A stretch of DNA of 64,000 nt from Candidatus Bathyarchaeia archaeon (lineage in GTDB: Archaea > Thermoproteota > Bathyarchaeia > 40CM-2-53-6 > DTGE01): assembly GCA_038852285.1 (NCBI GenBank), contig JAWCKG010000001.1:73050-137049 (forward strand). Direction: 5' to 3'. The notes below the pieces were generated by a model. That model had not been told where the DNA came from, made no database searches, and saw nothing but the letters and a program-made list of their open reading frames with translations. Shown piece after piece: positions 20,414 to 30,116 of the stretch. A program made the translations under genes and the position numbers. How positions within the stretch are numbered: position 1 is the first letter of the stretch; every line of letters starts with the position of its first letter.

Positions 20414-21424
20414 TTAGGGGGTTAAGGGTAACGTTACCGGTATGCCTTTCCTCGCTGATTCATACGCGGCTAGCGTGATTTCGACGCCCTGTCTTCCATC
20501 AAACCCAGTGGCCTTCGGTTTTTTATCTCTCAGGATACATTCAACAAACCCTTTCACCATCTCCTTATCGGCGTCGCATCCCCAGTAATGCCATTCCAGT
20601 CGATCGTTGGGCGGATTGGCTTCGATGACGTTCACGTTTTGTCTGAACGCGTCGATTTGAATCAAACCTTCTGTTCCAAGGATTTCCATCGCCATGTGTC
20701 CCCATGTGTAGAACCCCTTCGGCCTTGACCAACTTCCATCGATTGTTCCGAAGGATCCATTTTTGAAGGTGACGAACGTTAAAGCATTATCCTCAACCTT
20801 AACGTCTCCATGGATGTTTTTCCCGATTTCCGTGTATACAGTCTTGGCTTCGCTTCGAGTATACCATCGCATCAAGTCGGCTAAGTGAACGGTATGGTCC
20901 ATGACGCTTCCGCCTCCGGAAAGGGCGGGTTCGATGAACCATCCGTAGACAAGCCACTTCAACTGGTTTGTGCCAGTCATAGCGACGATCCTCCCAATCT
21001 CACCTTTAGCGATCAAGTCTTTCACTAGGCTTGTGACGGCATGATACCTCATCACATAGGCTGTCTGCAACTTCACCCCCGCCTTCTCCGCGGCTTTAAG
21101 CATCGCGTCAGCGTCCTTTAAAGTGGTGGCTAGGGGTTTTTCGCAGAGCACGTGTTTTCCAGCTTCAGCGGCGTCGATCACCATCGCCGCATGTCTAACG
21201 TTTTCAGCCGTCACGATCACCGCGTCCACATCATCCCTGCTTAAAAGCTTCCGGTAATCTAGATAGAAGTCGACGGAGTACTGCTCAGCCACCTTTCTTC
21301 CGCGGGCTTCATCATCGTCGGCCACGGCGACTAGCTTGGCGTTCGGAAGTTCGACGACGCATCTCGCGTAGCTATATCCGTGGAAGTGCGCGAAGCTGAT
21401 AACCCCTATTCTAACTTCCTTCAC
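20414..21424 (-). CDS. Gfo/Idh/MocA-family NAD(P)-dependent oxidoreductase
   Basis: N-terminal Rossmann IGVISFAHFHG and EKP motif. C-terminal alpha/beta domain. Confidence 0.8.
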   Translation of the reverse strand: MKEVRIGVISFAHFHGYSYARCVVELPNAKLVAVADDDEARGRKVAEQYSVDFYLDYRKLLSRDDVDAVIVTAENVRHAAMVIDAAEAGKHVLCEKPLATTLKDADAMLKAAEKAGVKLQTAYVMRYHAVTSLVKDLIAKGEIGRIVAMTGTNQLKWLVYGWFIEPALSGGGSVMDHTVHLADLMRWYTRSEAKTVYTEIGKNIHGDVKVEDNALTFVTFKNGSFGTIDGSWSRPKGFYTWGHMAMEILGTEGLIQIDAFRQNVNVIEANPPNDRLEWHYWGCDADKEMVKGFVECILRDKKPKATGFDGRQGVEITLAAYESARKGIPVTLPLTP

Positions 21425-21430
21425 GGCTCA

Positions 21431-22465
21431 TCAACCCTCCAAGGGAATTTTCACCGGCTCACCCCTTTTCGAGGAAGCTTTGGCGGCCAACGCGATTTCC
21501 AGCGCCTTCCTCGCCTCCTCCCCACCGGTGAGAGGAGTCCTCCCCTTCAACACGCAGTCAGCGAAATGCCTTATCTCCCGGTAATATGGATCTATGGGAA
21601 AAGGCATCCCCTCCACCCATCTTTCCGTGTCAACCCCGTAGTGGGCAATTTTCCCCTTAGACATGACGGTTAACGGTACAGTGTCATGGTTGTTGAAGGA
21701 GACGAACCCCTTGGTGCCTGAAAGCTCTAAAGCGTACGTGAACGGGTATTCCTGTGGAACCGCCCAAGACGCTTCGATATGAGCGACACCCCCTCCTTGA
21801 AACCTCAATATCATGAGGGCATGGTCATCCATGTTAGCGTCTTTTCTCACAAACCTACCAACCTTCGCGTATACTCTGGCCACATCCTGGTTAAAACACC
21901 ACCTCACGAAGTCAATGTCGTGGATCGCCAAGTCGACGGATACGCCCCCACTCCGCTTCTGCTCCTTAAACCAGCTCTTCACACCCCAACCGGGCAACGG
22001 ACCGGCCCTCAAGGCTCTAGCGATCACAGGCTCACCAAGCACACCCTTATCCAGAAGCTCTTTCACCTTCATGTACTCGGAGAAAAACCTGATGCAATGG
22101 GCTACCATGAAGGTTACACCCGCCTTCTTAACCGCTCCAATGATCCTATCCGCGTCCCTTAAAGTCAAGGCGATGGGCTTCTCCAATAAAACGTTCTTCC
22201 CAGCCTTCGCCGACTCCACGGCGACCTGAGCATGGGTGTCCGTTGGGGTGCAGATGTCAACCACGTCGACATCCTTTCTCTCCAAAACATCCCGATAATC
22301 CCCGTATACCTTCATCTTAAATTTCTTAGCCTCCTTAGCGATCTGTTTCCCCCTAACGTCGGAAACAGCCACCAGCCTCGCCTCTGGCACCATGGACCAC
22401 CCAGTGGCATGCGTGTGTCCCATGAAGCCGAAGCCGATGACCGCCACTCCGATCGAATTCTTCAA
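21431..22465 (-). CDS. Gfo/Idh/MocA-family NAD(P)-dependent oxidoreductase (tandem paralog)
   Basis: VAVIGFGFMGHTHA and EKP motifs. 7 nt downstream of its paralog. Confidence 0.8.
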   Translation of the reverse strand: MKNSIGVAVIGFGFMGHTHATGWSMVPEARLVAVSDVRGKQIAKEAKKFKMKVYGDYRDVLERKDVDVVDICTPTDTHAQVAVESAKAGKNVLLEKPIALTLRDADRIIGAVKKAGVTFMVAHCIRFFSEYMKVKELLDKGVLGEPVIARALRAGPLPGWGVKSWFKEQKRSGGVSVDLAIHDIDFVRWCFNQDVARVYAKVGRFVRKDANMDDHALMILRFQGGGVAHIEASWAVPQEYPFTYALELSGTKGFVSFNNHDTVPLTVMSKGKIAHYGVDTERWVEGMPFPIDPYYREIRHFADCVLKGRTPLTGGEEARKALEIALAAKASSKRGEPVKIPLEG

Positions 22466-22764
22466 ACTTCACCCTCACCTTCCATAGGGCTTTGTGAAAT
22501 ATGTTACACGATTTTATAGAAAAGGCTTTGGGTCTACCGGAGGGAAGAAGTTGTATCACTCCAATCAAGGTTCCAGAGCTGTAAATCCTCACGTTTTTCA
22601 ACATGATTTTTGAACTAAGTAGTGAAAAATAGCGTTTCGGAGGTCAGGCTTACCGTATAGGCCTCTATCGAGCGTAAGCTAAATTTCGCTGCGTAGCGAG
22701 TTCAGATTTTTTCACATCGGTTTGGAGATGTAGCTGAACTGTAGCTTTGCGCTACACGTTCACT

Positions 22765-22775
22765 CTTATAAAAGG
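22765..22775 (+). promoter_or_regulatory. TATA box (CTTATAAAAGG) about 38-48 nt upstream of the tbp start codon
   Basis: Archaeal TATA-like octamer with an A-rich tract. The spacing suits a short leader. Confidence 0.4.
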
Positions 22776-22812
22776 TTTAGACCTATTTTGCGTCTAGTGG
22801 AGTTGAAAAAGG

Positions 22813-23367
22813 ATGCTGCGTTCAGGTGTGGAAATTCAAAATGTGGTGGCTTCCGTCTCCTTTGACCAGCAACTAGATTTGGAGACTATTTCCAAGACGT
22901 TGCCCACCGCCAAGTATAACCCTGAGGAGTTTCCAGGGGTGATTTATCACGCTCGAAAACCGAAGGCGTCGATGCTCATCTTCAGCTCGGGAAAAATCGT
23001 CTGCTCTGGAATGAAGTCTGAAAGGCAAGCGAAGAGGGCTGCGTCAAAAATCGTGTACGAGCTTAAAAACAACGGCATCGTACTTATCCGTGAACCATTC
23101 GTCGAGATTGAAAACATCGTAGCCTCAGCTGACCTCGGCGTTACACTCAGCTTAGAGGACCTGGCGTACGCGCTGGAGGGAACTTTTTACGACCCCGAGC
23201 AGTTCCCTGGGCTCATATACAGGTTACGAGAGCCGAAAGCAACCTTCATAATTTTTACAACAGGAAAGGTTGTCTGCACCGGGGTAAGGAGGAAGAAGGA
23301 CGCTTTAAAAGCCTTGGAAATGTTGAAAGCTTCTTTAAAGTCAAAGAATCTGCTCTTCGAGCCTTGA
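22813..23367 (+). CDS. tbp: TATA-box-binding protein
   Basis: Two direct repeats (IQNVVASVSFDQQLDLETI / IENIVASADLGVTLSLEDL) and FPGLIYR, characteristic of archaeal TBP. 184 aa. Confidence 0.9.
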   Translation: MLRSGVEIQNVVASVSFDQQLDLETISKTLPTAKYNPEEFPGVIYHARKPKASMLIFSSGKIVCSGMKSERQAKRAASKIVYELKNNGIVLIREPFVEIENIVASADLGVTLSLEDLAYALEGTFYDPEQFPGLIYRLREPKATFIIFTTGKVVCTGVRRKKDALKALEMLKASLKSKNLLFEP

Positions 23368-23553
23368 AGCGAAAAGTGAAAACCAAAACCAGATCCCATC
23401 ATCCGGGTAGTAGAAGCCCAAAATAAACACATTTATTGGCGTTGGAGGCCTCCGACCGAGCATGAGCTCTACACCATTTTTTGAAGCTTTTTAAGTTAGA
23501 ACGGTTGAAGAAAGCATTTAAGGCCAACAACCGTAAAATACTGCTTTCACCCA

Positions 23554-24162
23554 ATGTTAGCTAGATTTAGCGACGGTGTTAGGATGATGCTTAGAATAGG
23601 CGAAGCAACGAGGCTGACCAGGGAGGTTGATATAAAGGTGAGAGTTAGGTTGAATGGCCAAGGAGACTTCAAGGGAGGAACTAAGGTGGAATTCCTAAAC
23701 CACGCGTTGAAGACCCTCGCGATGCACTCGGGAATGGACCTCGAGGTTTCAGGTAAAGGAGATCTAACGCATCATCTGGTTGAGGATTTGGCGATGTGCC
23801 TGGGGGACGCTTTGTCCAAGGCGTTGGGCGACAGGGTGGGGTTGAAAAGGTTCGGCTGCGCTTATGTTCCAATGGACGACGCGTTGGCTAGGGCTGTAGT
23901 GGATCTAGGCGGACGACCATACTATGTCGCGGAGCTGGCCTTAACTCGATCATATGTTGAGGATTTAAAGCGCGAGGACCTAGAGCACTTTCTCAGAAGT
24001 CTCGCGGAGCGTTTAAAGGCGAGCCTACACCTTCATGTCCTATACGGTTTAAATGACCACCATAAGGCTGAGGCTTCCATCAAAGCGCTCGCCCTGGCAT
24101 TGAAGGACGCTTGGAGCATCGCAGGAACCAAATCCCCCAGCGTGAAGGGAACTCTCACATGA
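23554..24162 (+). CDS. hisB: Imidazoleglycerol-phosphate dehydratase (start may be the downstream MM at about 23584)
   Basis: TRETDIKV-like N-terminus and histidine-rich metal sites DLTHHLVEDLAM and NDHHKAEA. Confidence 0.85.
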   Translation: MLARFSDGVRMMLRIGEATRLTREVDIKVRVRLNGQGDFKGGTKVEFLNHALKTLAMHSGMDLEVSGKGDLTHHLVEDLAMCLGDALSKALGDRVGLKRFGCAYVPMDDALARAVVDLGGRPYYVAELALTRSYVEDLKREDLEHFLRSLAERLKASLHLHVLYGLNDHHKAEASIKALALALKDAWSIAGTKSPSVKGTLT

Positions 24163-24773
24163 CCGTTTTCGCCATCTTAAACTACGGCGTAGGCAACCTA
24201 AGAAGCATAGCCAACGCCCTGGAAAAGGTGAGAGCAAAGCCAAGAATCACTTCGAATCCTGAAGATGTTATGCACAGCGACGCCCTTGTCCTTCCCGGCG
24301 TCGGCGCATTTAAAGGCGCCTTAAGAAAAGTGAGGGAGATGGAAACATGCTTAAGGGCCTTCATAGAATCTGAAAGGCCTGTTCTAGGAATCTGCTTAGG
24401 GCTACAACTACTACTAAAGCGAAGCTTTGAAGGGGGCCTCAACAGAGGATTGGAATTCATCTCCGGCGACGTAGTAAAGCTTCCCAACACTGTGAAGATC
24501 CCCCACATCGGATGGAACACGGTAAAAATACGAAGAACCGATGGAGTGCTAGAAGGGTTACGAGACGAATGCTACATGTACTTCGCACACTCCTATGTCG
24601 CGCAGTTGGAGGGTGAAGAAGCCGATGTGCTGCTCGCTACCACTGAGTATGGGGTTCGATTCCCATCTGTGGTTAAGAAACGTAACATTTACGCAACCCA
24701 GTTTCATCCCGAGAAAAGTGGGAGAAACGGGTTAAAGCTTCTGGAGAACGTTGTACGTTTGACGAGGACGTGA
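24159..24773 (+). CDS. hisH: Imidazole glycerol phosphate synthase, glutamine amidotransferase subunit
   Basis: Start MTVFAILNYGVGNL overlaps the hisB stop (ATGA). GICLGLQLL catalytic Cys and HSY motif. The track ORF begins upstream at 24111. Confidence 0.85.
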   Translation: MTVFAILNYGVGNLRSIANALEKVRAKPRITSNPEDVMHSDALVLPGVGAFKGALRKVREMETCLRAFIESERPVLGICLGLQLLLKRSFEGGLNRGLEFISGDVVKLPNTVKIPHIGWNTVKIRRTDGVLEGLRDECYMYFAHSYVAQLEGEEADVLLATTEYGVRFPSVVKKRNIYATQFHPEKSGRNGLKLLENVVRLTRT

Positions 24774-24780
24774 AACAAGT

Positions 24781-25500
24781 ATGGAAATATATCCTGCCGT
24801 CGACCTGATGAACGGCCGTTGCGTCCGACTCGTGAAGGGGAGAAGAACCGCTAGAAAAACATATTATCGAAACCCGGTGGAAGCGGCTTCGAAGTTCGCG
24901 GAGTTAGGAGCTAGCAGACTTCACGTCGTAGACTTGGACGCGGCTATGGGCGTAGGTGAAAATGTGAGGGAAATGACGGAAATTATAAGGCAGGTTAACG
25001 TTAAAGTGCAGGTGGCTGGGGGGATCCGAAGCGTAGAGAAAGCCCAATCCCTTCTACAAATGGGTGCGTTCAGGGTAGTGTTTTCCACCGCGGCGGTTGA
25101 GAACCCAGGCCTATTGGAGGAAGCGGTCGCCATCCTTGGACCTGAGAAAATAGCCTTAGCCCTCGACCTCAAGAAAGGAGATGTAATGGTTCATGGATGG
25201 AGAAAACGAGCACTCCGAGGCCCCAAACAGTTAATCGACCAAGCCAACCGACTTTCATTGGGAGCGGTGATATTCACCTCCATATCGGTTGATGGAACAT
25301 TACAAGGAGTTGATCTTCAAACAGCCCAGCGTGTAAGGAGTGTGGTGAAGAGACCCCTAATCGTTGCTGGGGGGATAAGTAGTGTGGCGGAGTTAAAGCG
25401 CCTCGAAGATTTAGGCGTGGATGGAGCCATCGTTGGGAAAGCCTTGTATGAAGGCGCCATAGACCTACGTAAGGCGATTTCAAAACTGCGGGATTGCTGA
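24781..25500 (+). CDS. hisA: ProFAR isomerase
   Basis: MEIYPAVDLMNGRCVRLVKG N-terminus. (beta/alpha)8 with a C-terminal phosphate-binding GG.S motif. Confidence 0.85.
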   Translation: MEIYPAVDLMNGRCVRLVKGRRTARKTYYRNPVEAASKFAELGASRLHVVDLDAAMGVGENVREMTEIIRQVNVKVQVAGGIRSVEKAQSLLQMGAFRVVFSTAAVENPGLLEEAVAILGPEKIALALDLKKGDVMVHGWRKRALRGPKQLIDQANRLSLGAVIFTSISVDGTLQGVDLQTAQRVRSVVKRPLIVAGGISSVAELKRLEDLGVDGAIVGKALYEGAIDLRKAISKLRDC

Positions 25501-25552
25501 AAACCTTATAGGTGTGAAACGAATACTCGGTTAACCTTAGGGTAGTGAAGAC

Positions 25553-26365
25553 TTGTTGACGAAGAGAATTATCCCATGCTTAGATGTAGACAAGGGTAAA
25601 GTGGTTAAAGGAGTTAGATTTAAGAACCTAAGGGTGGAAGGTGAACCAGCTCAGCTCGCAGCCGAGTATGACAGGCAGCAAGCTGACGAGCTAGTGTTTT
25701 TAGACATCACAGCATCCTACGAAGACCGAGCGATCCTCATAGACGCCGTCAAAAAAACGGCTGAAGCAATCTTCATACCCTTCACGGTTGGAGGAGGGGT
25801 TAGGGGTGTGCAAGACATGCTCAACATCCTCACCGCTGGAGCCGACAAGGTTTCAATCAACACGGCGGCCGTCAGATCCCCGAAAGTCGTCAGGGAGGCC
25901 TCCCAGCGATTTGGAAGTCAATGCGTCGTCGTAGCCGTCGACGCCAAAAGGAATTATGGCGCTTTAAAGGGTAGGGAGGTTGTGGAAACCCCTCAAGGCC
26001 CATGCTGGTGGGAGGTCTACATCGAAGGTGGAAGGACTCCTACAGGCCTCGACGCGTTGTCTTGGATGATGAAGGTCGAAAAGCTAGGCGCGGGGGAAAT
26101 CCTGCTCACAAGCATGGACTGCGATGGAACAAGGTCTGGATATGACATAGAATTAACTAAAGCGGCGGTGGAGCGGTTAAACATCCCTGTCATAGCCAGC
26201 GGAGGCGCCGGCTCACCAGACCATATTTACAAGGTTTTAACGGAAGGAGGCGCGGACGCCGCCTTAGCAGCTTCAATATTCCACGAAGGAGAGTACACGG
26301 TCTTGGAGGTAAAACGGTTTCTAAGGGGTAGAGGGGTTCCGGTGAGGATTGAAGAGCCCGTTTAA
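25553..26365 (+). CDS. hisF: Imidazole glycerol phosphate synthase, cyclase subunit
   Basis: [25 protein letters not shown] and IASGGAG motifs. Confidence 0.9.
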   Translation: MLTKRIIPCLDVDKGKVVKGVRFKNLRVEGEPAQLAAEYDRQQADELVFLDITASYEDRAILIDAVKKTAEAIFIPFTVGGGVRGVQDMLNILTAGADKVSINTAAVRSPKVVREASQRFGSQCVVVAVDAKRNYGALKGREVVETPQGPCWWEVYIEGGRTPTGLDALSWMMKVEKLGAGEILLTSMDCDGTRSGYDIELTKAAVERLNIPVIASGGAGSPDHIYKVLTEGGADAALAASIFHEGEYTVLEVKRFLRGRGVPVRIEEPV

Positions 26366-26711
26366 GCTGGACAAGGCGGAGATCGAAAAGATTCTTAAGG
26401 AAATCGACTTCGAAAAGATGGGCGGTCTCCTCCCCGTGGTAACTCAGGAATACTCAACTCAACAGGTTTTGATGCAAGCATTCATGAACAGGGAAGCGTT
26501 AAAACTCACCTTGAAAACAGGCAAAGTCCATTATTGGAGCAGGAGCAGGGGGAAGCTTTGGCGGAAGGGCGAAACCTCTGGACACGAGCAGATCCTCATA
26601 GACGCAATTCTGGACTGTGACCAAGACGCGTTGCTCCTCAAGGTTAAACAGGTTGGGATATGTTGCCACACCGGGGCTGAAACCTGCTTCCATAACCCGA
26701 TTAAAAGTTAA
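26349..26711 (+). CDS. hisI: Phosphoribosyl-AMP cyclohydrolase
   Basis: [20 protein letters not shown] and DCDQDALL motifs. Overlaps the hisF end. Confidence 0.8.
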   Translation: MKSPFKLDKAEIEKILKEIDFEKMGGLLPVVTQEYSTQQVLMQAFMNREALKLTLKTGKVHYWSRSRGKLWRKGETSGHEQILIDAILDCDQDALLLKVKQVGICCHTGAETCFHNPIKS

Positions 26712-26829
26712 AACATTAACCATCAGATCATAGATGTGGATGAGAAGGGACTGGAAGACTTCAACTTGGCTGTAAGATTGTGATTTCCATTAGGGTTTAT
26801 GTTGAGGCTGTGGGAGCTGGATTAGTTGT

Positions 26830-28728
26830 CTATTCTTGGCGCTTAAGATAGTCCTCCACTTTGGCTTCGATTATGGGTAAAAGTTGTTGCGGACTTACTC
26901 GCCCTCTGAGGTTTCTCATCACGAGCCCTAGGATCTTACCGGCTGAGGCCTTTCCCAGATTCTTGATGAGGTCGACGTTTTCCTTTAAAACCTGGTCAAC
27001 CTGTTTCTCCAGCTCATCGGGTTCGATCATCTTTAGGTTAAGCGCGTTGATCGCGTCTGTAGGGTTTGAAGTGGGATGCGTGGCGAGCCATTCCAATATA
27101 GGTTCAACGGATTCCTTCGCAGTCACTCCTTTGTCGACCAGCTGGAACACTTCTAGGATGTATTCGTCGGGGAGTTGATTTACCGGAACGCCTTGCCTCT
27201 CCAAACTTTTCAAGATTTCAGTAAGGATAGTGGCCACATAGCTGGGCGCTACATGGGTTTTTGAAGCCACCTCCTCGAAAAGCGGCATGTAATCTGAGTC
27301 GAGTAACTGCTCCGACAGTTTCCTGTTCAAACCATACTTCTCCATCAACCTGGCGGTGACCATCTCAGGTTTTTCAGGCAAGGTGGCTTTTAAACTCTGA
27401 ATCATCTCCTCTTCAATCACGATGGGAGGTATGTCTGTTTCAGGGTACATTCTTGCCGACCCCGGCCTCGGCCGCATGTACCGGGTTGCTCCATCTTCCT
27501 GAGCAGCCCTTGTTTCCTCAGGTACTCCGTTTAAGGCTTCCCTAGCCCTATCGACGACGGCGTGTATTGCGTCCACCGCCTTATGGGGCTGATCCGCCAC
27601 CAAAACGGCAGCGTCCAATTCGTTTAAGGAAAGGTGCTGTTTTAGTAGCCGGGTTTCATCTTCTGAGATTCCGTATCCTGGTAATTCGTCGGTGTGGAAT
27701 AACCCCCCTACGCCTCCGTAGAACATCGCCCTCCAGCTCATCTCGGTTCCTAACCTCACTCCAGGTATGAGCTCTCGGCCCAACAGTCCATGGAAACCAG
27801 GCAGCTTTACTGCTAAGACGACTCCGCCTTCCTGGAGGGCCTTGCTGAATACTTTGCACCTGGTTTCCTTAAATACCTCCGTCACGTTCACTGGTTCCCC
27901 CAGATCATCGGCTTTTATCCCCCTCTTCTTTAACTCCTCGGCGATGGCCAATAATGCCTGTTGTCTTTGGAATTCGAGGGACACCACCTTAGAGATCAAG
28001 TCGAGTCTTTGAACGCCTTTAATTTCAATCAAGGCGCCGCCTTTCACCGAGACGTTTAGGTCCTGTCGAATGGTGCCTAGCCCTCTCTGAACCCTTCCAG
28101 TGGCCTTCAGGACCCTGCCGACTCCATACGCGACTTTTTCAGCCTCTTCAGGGGTGTAGATCACAGGTCCTGTTGCCACCTCAATCAGGGGGATTCCCAG
28201 CCTATCGATCCGATAGTTTACCGTTAACCCCGATTCCCCTGTTTTTCTAGCCGCGTCCTCTTCGAGGCTGACGTGGAGTATTGGTATTTCCTTTTCAGCC
28301 AAGTTCAGCTTGCCGTTTAGGGCGATGGCGGCTGTTCGCTGGAAGCCGGTTGTATTTGACCCGTCGATCACTACCTTTCTCATGACGTGAACCTCTTCGA
28401 CGGGCTTGGCTTCAAGCATTAGGGATATTATTAGGGCGGTTTCTAAGGCTTCTCTGTTCAACTGGTGAGGGGGCTCTTCATCGGCTTCGACAAGGCATGT
28501 GGACTCTTGTTCGGCTTCGTAGCAGATGACCCTGCCCCTTTGAAACTCGAAGAGGGCGGCTGGGTCTACCTCTCCCAACTCGCTTTGAGTCGGCCTCAAA
28601 CGTCTCAGCAACCTCTTTTCAGGCTCCTTTAACGATAGCTTGGCTGGACAGTTGCAGAAGAGTTTATGGGATGTTTTCAACTGGCAGTGAAGCTCTAAAC
28701 CCACCTTCAAACCCGTGTAGGAGCTCAA
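26830..28728 (-). CDS. gatE: Glutamyl-tRNA(Gln) amidotransferase subunit E (archaeal)
   Basis: N-terminus LKVGLELHCQL and a GatB/E-like core. 632 aa. Adjacent to gatD. Confidence 0.85.
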   Translation of the reverse strand: MSSYTGLKVGLELHCQLKTSHKLFCNCPAKLSLKEPEKRLLRRLRPTQSELGEVDPAALFEFQRGRVICYEAEQESTCLVEADEEPPHQLNREALETALIISLMLEAKPVEEVHVMRKVVIDGSNTTGFQRTAAIALNGKLNLAEKEIPILHVSLEEDAARKTGESGLTVNYRIDRLGIPLIEVATGPVIYTPEEAEKVAYGVGRVLKATGRVQRGLGTIRQDLNVSVKGGALIEIKGVQRLDLISKVVSLEFQRQQALLAIAEELKKRGIKADDLGEPVNVTEVFKETRCKVFSKALQEGGVVLAVKLPGFHGLLGRELIPGVRLGTEMSWRAMFYGGVGGLFHTDELPGYGISEDETRLLKQHLSLNELDAAVLVADQPHKAVDAIHAVVDRAREALNGVPEETRAAQEDGATRYMRPRPGSARMYPETDIPPIVIEEEMIQSLKATLPEKPEMVTARLMEKYGLNRKLSEQLLDSDYMPLFEEVASKTHVAPSYVATILTEILKSLERQGVPVNQLPDEYILEVFQLVDKGVTAKESVEPILEWLATHPTSNPTDAINALNLKMIEPDELEKQVDQVLKENVDLIKNLGKASAGKILGLVMRNLRGRVSPQQLLPIIEAKVEDYLKRQE

Positions 28729-28743
28729 CTTGAAAGCCTCCGG

Positions 28744-30078
28744 TTAAGGTTTACAGCCTTGAAACCACCGTGTCTCAGAGATCTCTCCGACGAGGTTTTT
28801 CGTCATAAGGTCTTTAGCCTCCTCTAGGCTGCGGGCTCGACCTAGAACCCACATCAACTTTACCAACGCAGTCTCAGGCAACATGTCTTCCAGCGGAATG
28901 ACACCGATCTTAAGGAGGTCTCTGCCCGTGTAGTAGACGTTGAGGTTTACCCTACCCCATAGGCATTGAGAGGTCATGCCGACGAACACTCCCCGCTCCA
29001 CGGCTTTTCGGATGGGTTCGTAGAGGGCTTTGCTTACATGGCCTAGGCCGCTTCCCTCCAATATGACGCCCCTCACCCCGGACTCGAGGATCGACTCTAA
29101 GATCTTCGGCTTCATGCCAGGGTAGAATTTTACTAAGCAAACGTTGTCATCCATATTCTCCTCCAGTTTAACGTCGCCACCGTTCCTTCGCTGGGGTAGA
29201 TGCTTATCCAATATTTGGATCTCTCCTGTCAAGGTGTGGTATCGGGCAGCTAGGGAGGCGTTTATGGATTTAAAAGCATCCCTGGAGCTGGTGTGGCATT
29301 TCCGAACCTTTACCCCTTTATGGACTGCGATGTACTCGTCGGATGGGCTTTCATGCATGGCGACGTAGACTCCGGCGATGGGGGCTGAGAGCGAAATTTT
29401 CAAAGCGGCTATGAGGTTCGAGGGGGCGTCTGAGCTGGGCCTATCGGAGGATCGTTGTGAACCAACCAAGATGATGGGAATCGGTGGGTTTTGCAGAATG
29501 AAGCTCAGGGCAGCGGCCGTATACCCCATGGTGTCTGTGCCATGGCATATTACTACTCCTTGAGCACCTGAGTTAAGGGCCTCGGCGGTCGCCCTCGCCA
29601 TTCCAGCCCAATGCTCCTTTGTGAGGTTTTCGCTGAACTCGCTGTAAAGGACCATCGTGTTAATGTTAGCCAGCTCTGAAAGCTCGGGATATATGCTGTA
29701 GAGGTCTTCCGCGTTTAAGGCGGGCTCCACCCCACCCGTTCGATAGTCGACTCGGCTGGCGATGGTTCCACCCGTGCTGATCACATAGGCATCTGGGAGG
29801 CCGGGCCTTGAAGGCGGCCTTGGAGGCCTCTTGAACGCGGGTTTAACGCCTTTCTCCAAAACCTTTACCGCCGCGCCTCGACTCACCCTTAAACCCACAT
29901 TATAGCCGCTGCTCAGCTTCAAGACTATGTGATCTTCGTCGTCGTACTCGGATCTAGGCATTAGAAAACCTTTCATCGATTCACCATCCCTCGTCACCTC
30001 TATTAAGTCGCCGATTTGGGCTCCGGCTTCTTGAAGCAGCCTTAAAGCCGTCCCCCTATATCCCTCAAGAGCATTCAA
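28744..30078 (-). CDS. gatD: Glutamyl-tRNA(Gln) amidotransferase subunit D (asparaginase-like)
   Basis: N-terminal GDLIEV..DGE..KGFLMP and an asparaginase domain with STGGTIAS and HGTDTMGYTAAALS. Confidence 0.85.
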   Translation of the reverse strand: MNALEGYRGTALRLLQEAGAQIGDLIEVTRDGESMKGFLMPRSEYDDEDHIVLKLSSGYNVGLRVSRGAAVKVLEKGVKPAFKRPPRPPSRPGLPDAYVISTGGTIASRVDYRTGGVEPALNAEDLYSIYPELSELANINTMVLYSEFSENLTKEHWAGMARATAEALNSGAQGVVICHGTDTMGYTAAALSFILQNPPIPIILVGSQRSSDRPSSDAPSNLIAALKISLSAPIAGVYVAMHESPSDEYIAVHKGVKVRKCHTSSRDAFKSINASLAARYHTLTGEIQILDKHLPQRRNGGDVKLEENMDDNVCLVKFYPGMKPKILESILESGVRGVILEGSGLGHVSKALYEPIRKAVERGVFVGMTSQCLWGRVNLNVYYTGRDLLKIGVIPLEDMLPETALVKLMWVLGRARSLEEAKDLMTKNLVGEISETRWFQGCKP

Positions 30079-30116
30079 CAGTGATCCCTTACCATTAAGT
30101 AGAGTAGGCTTTTAAT

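Noticed and set aside
22466-22812. Small hairpins (TCGCT-GCGT-AGCGA; GTAGC-TTTGC-GCTAC) upstream of tbp, checked as a possible ncRNA
   Set aside because: They are short, isolated stems with no conserved ncRNA features. They are more likely incidental or minor regulatory structures.
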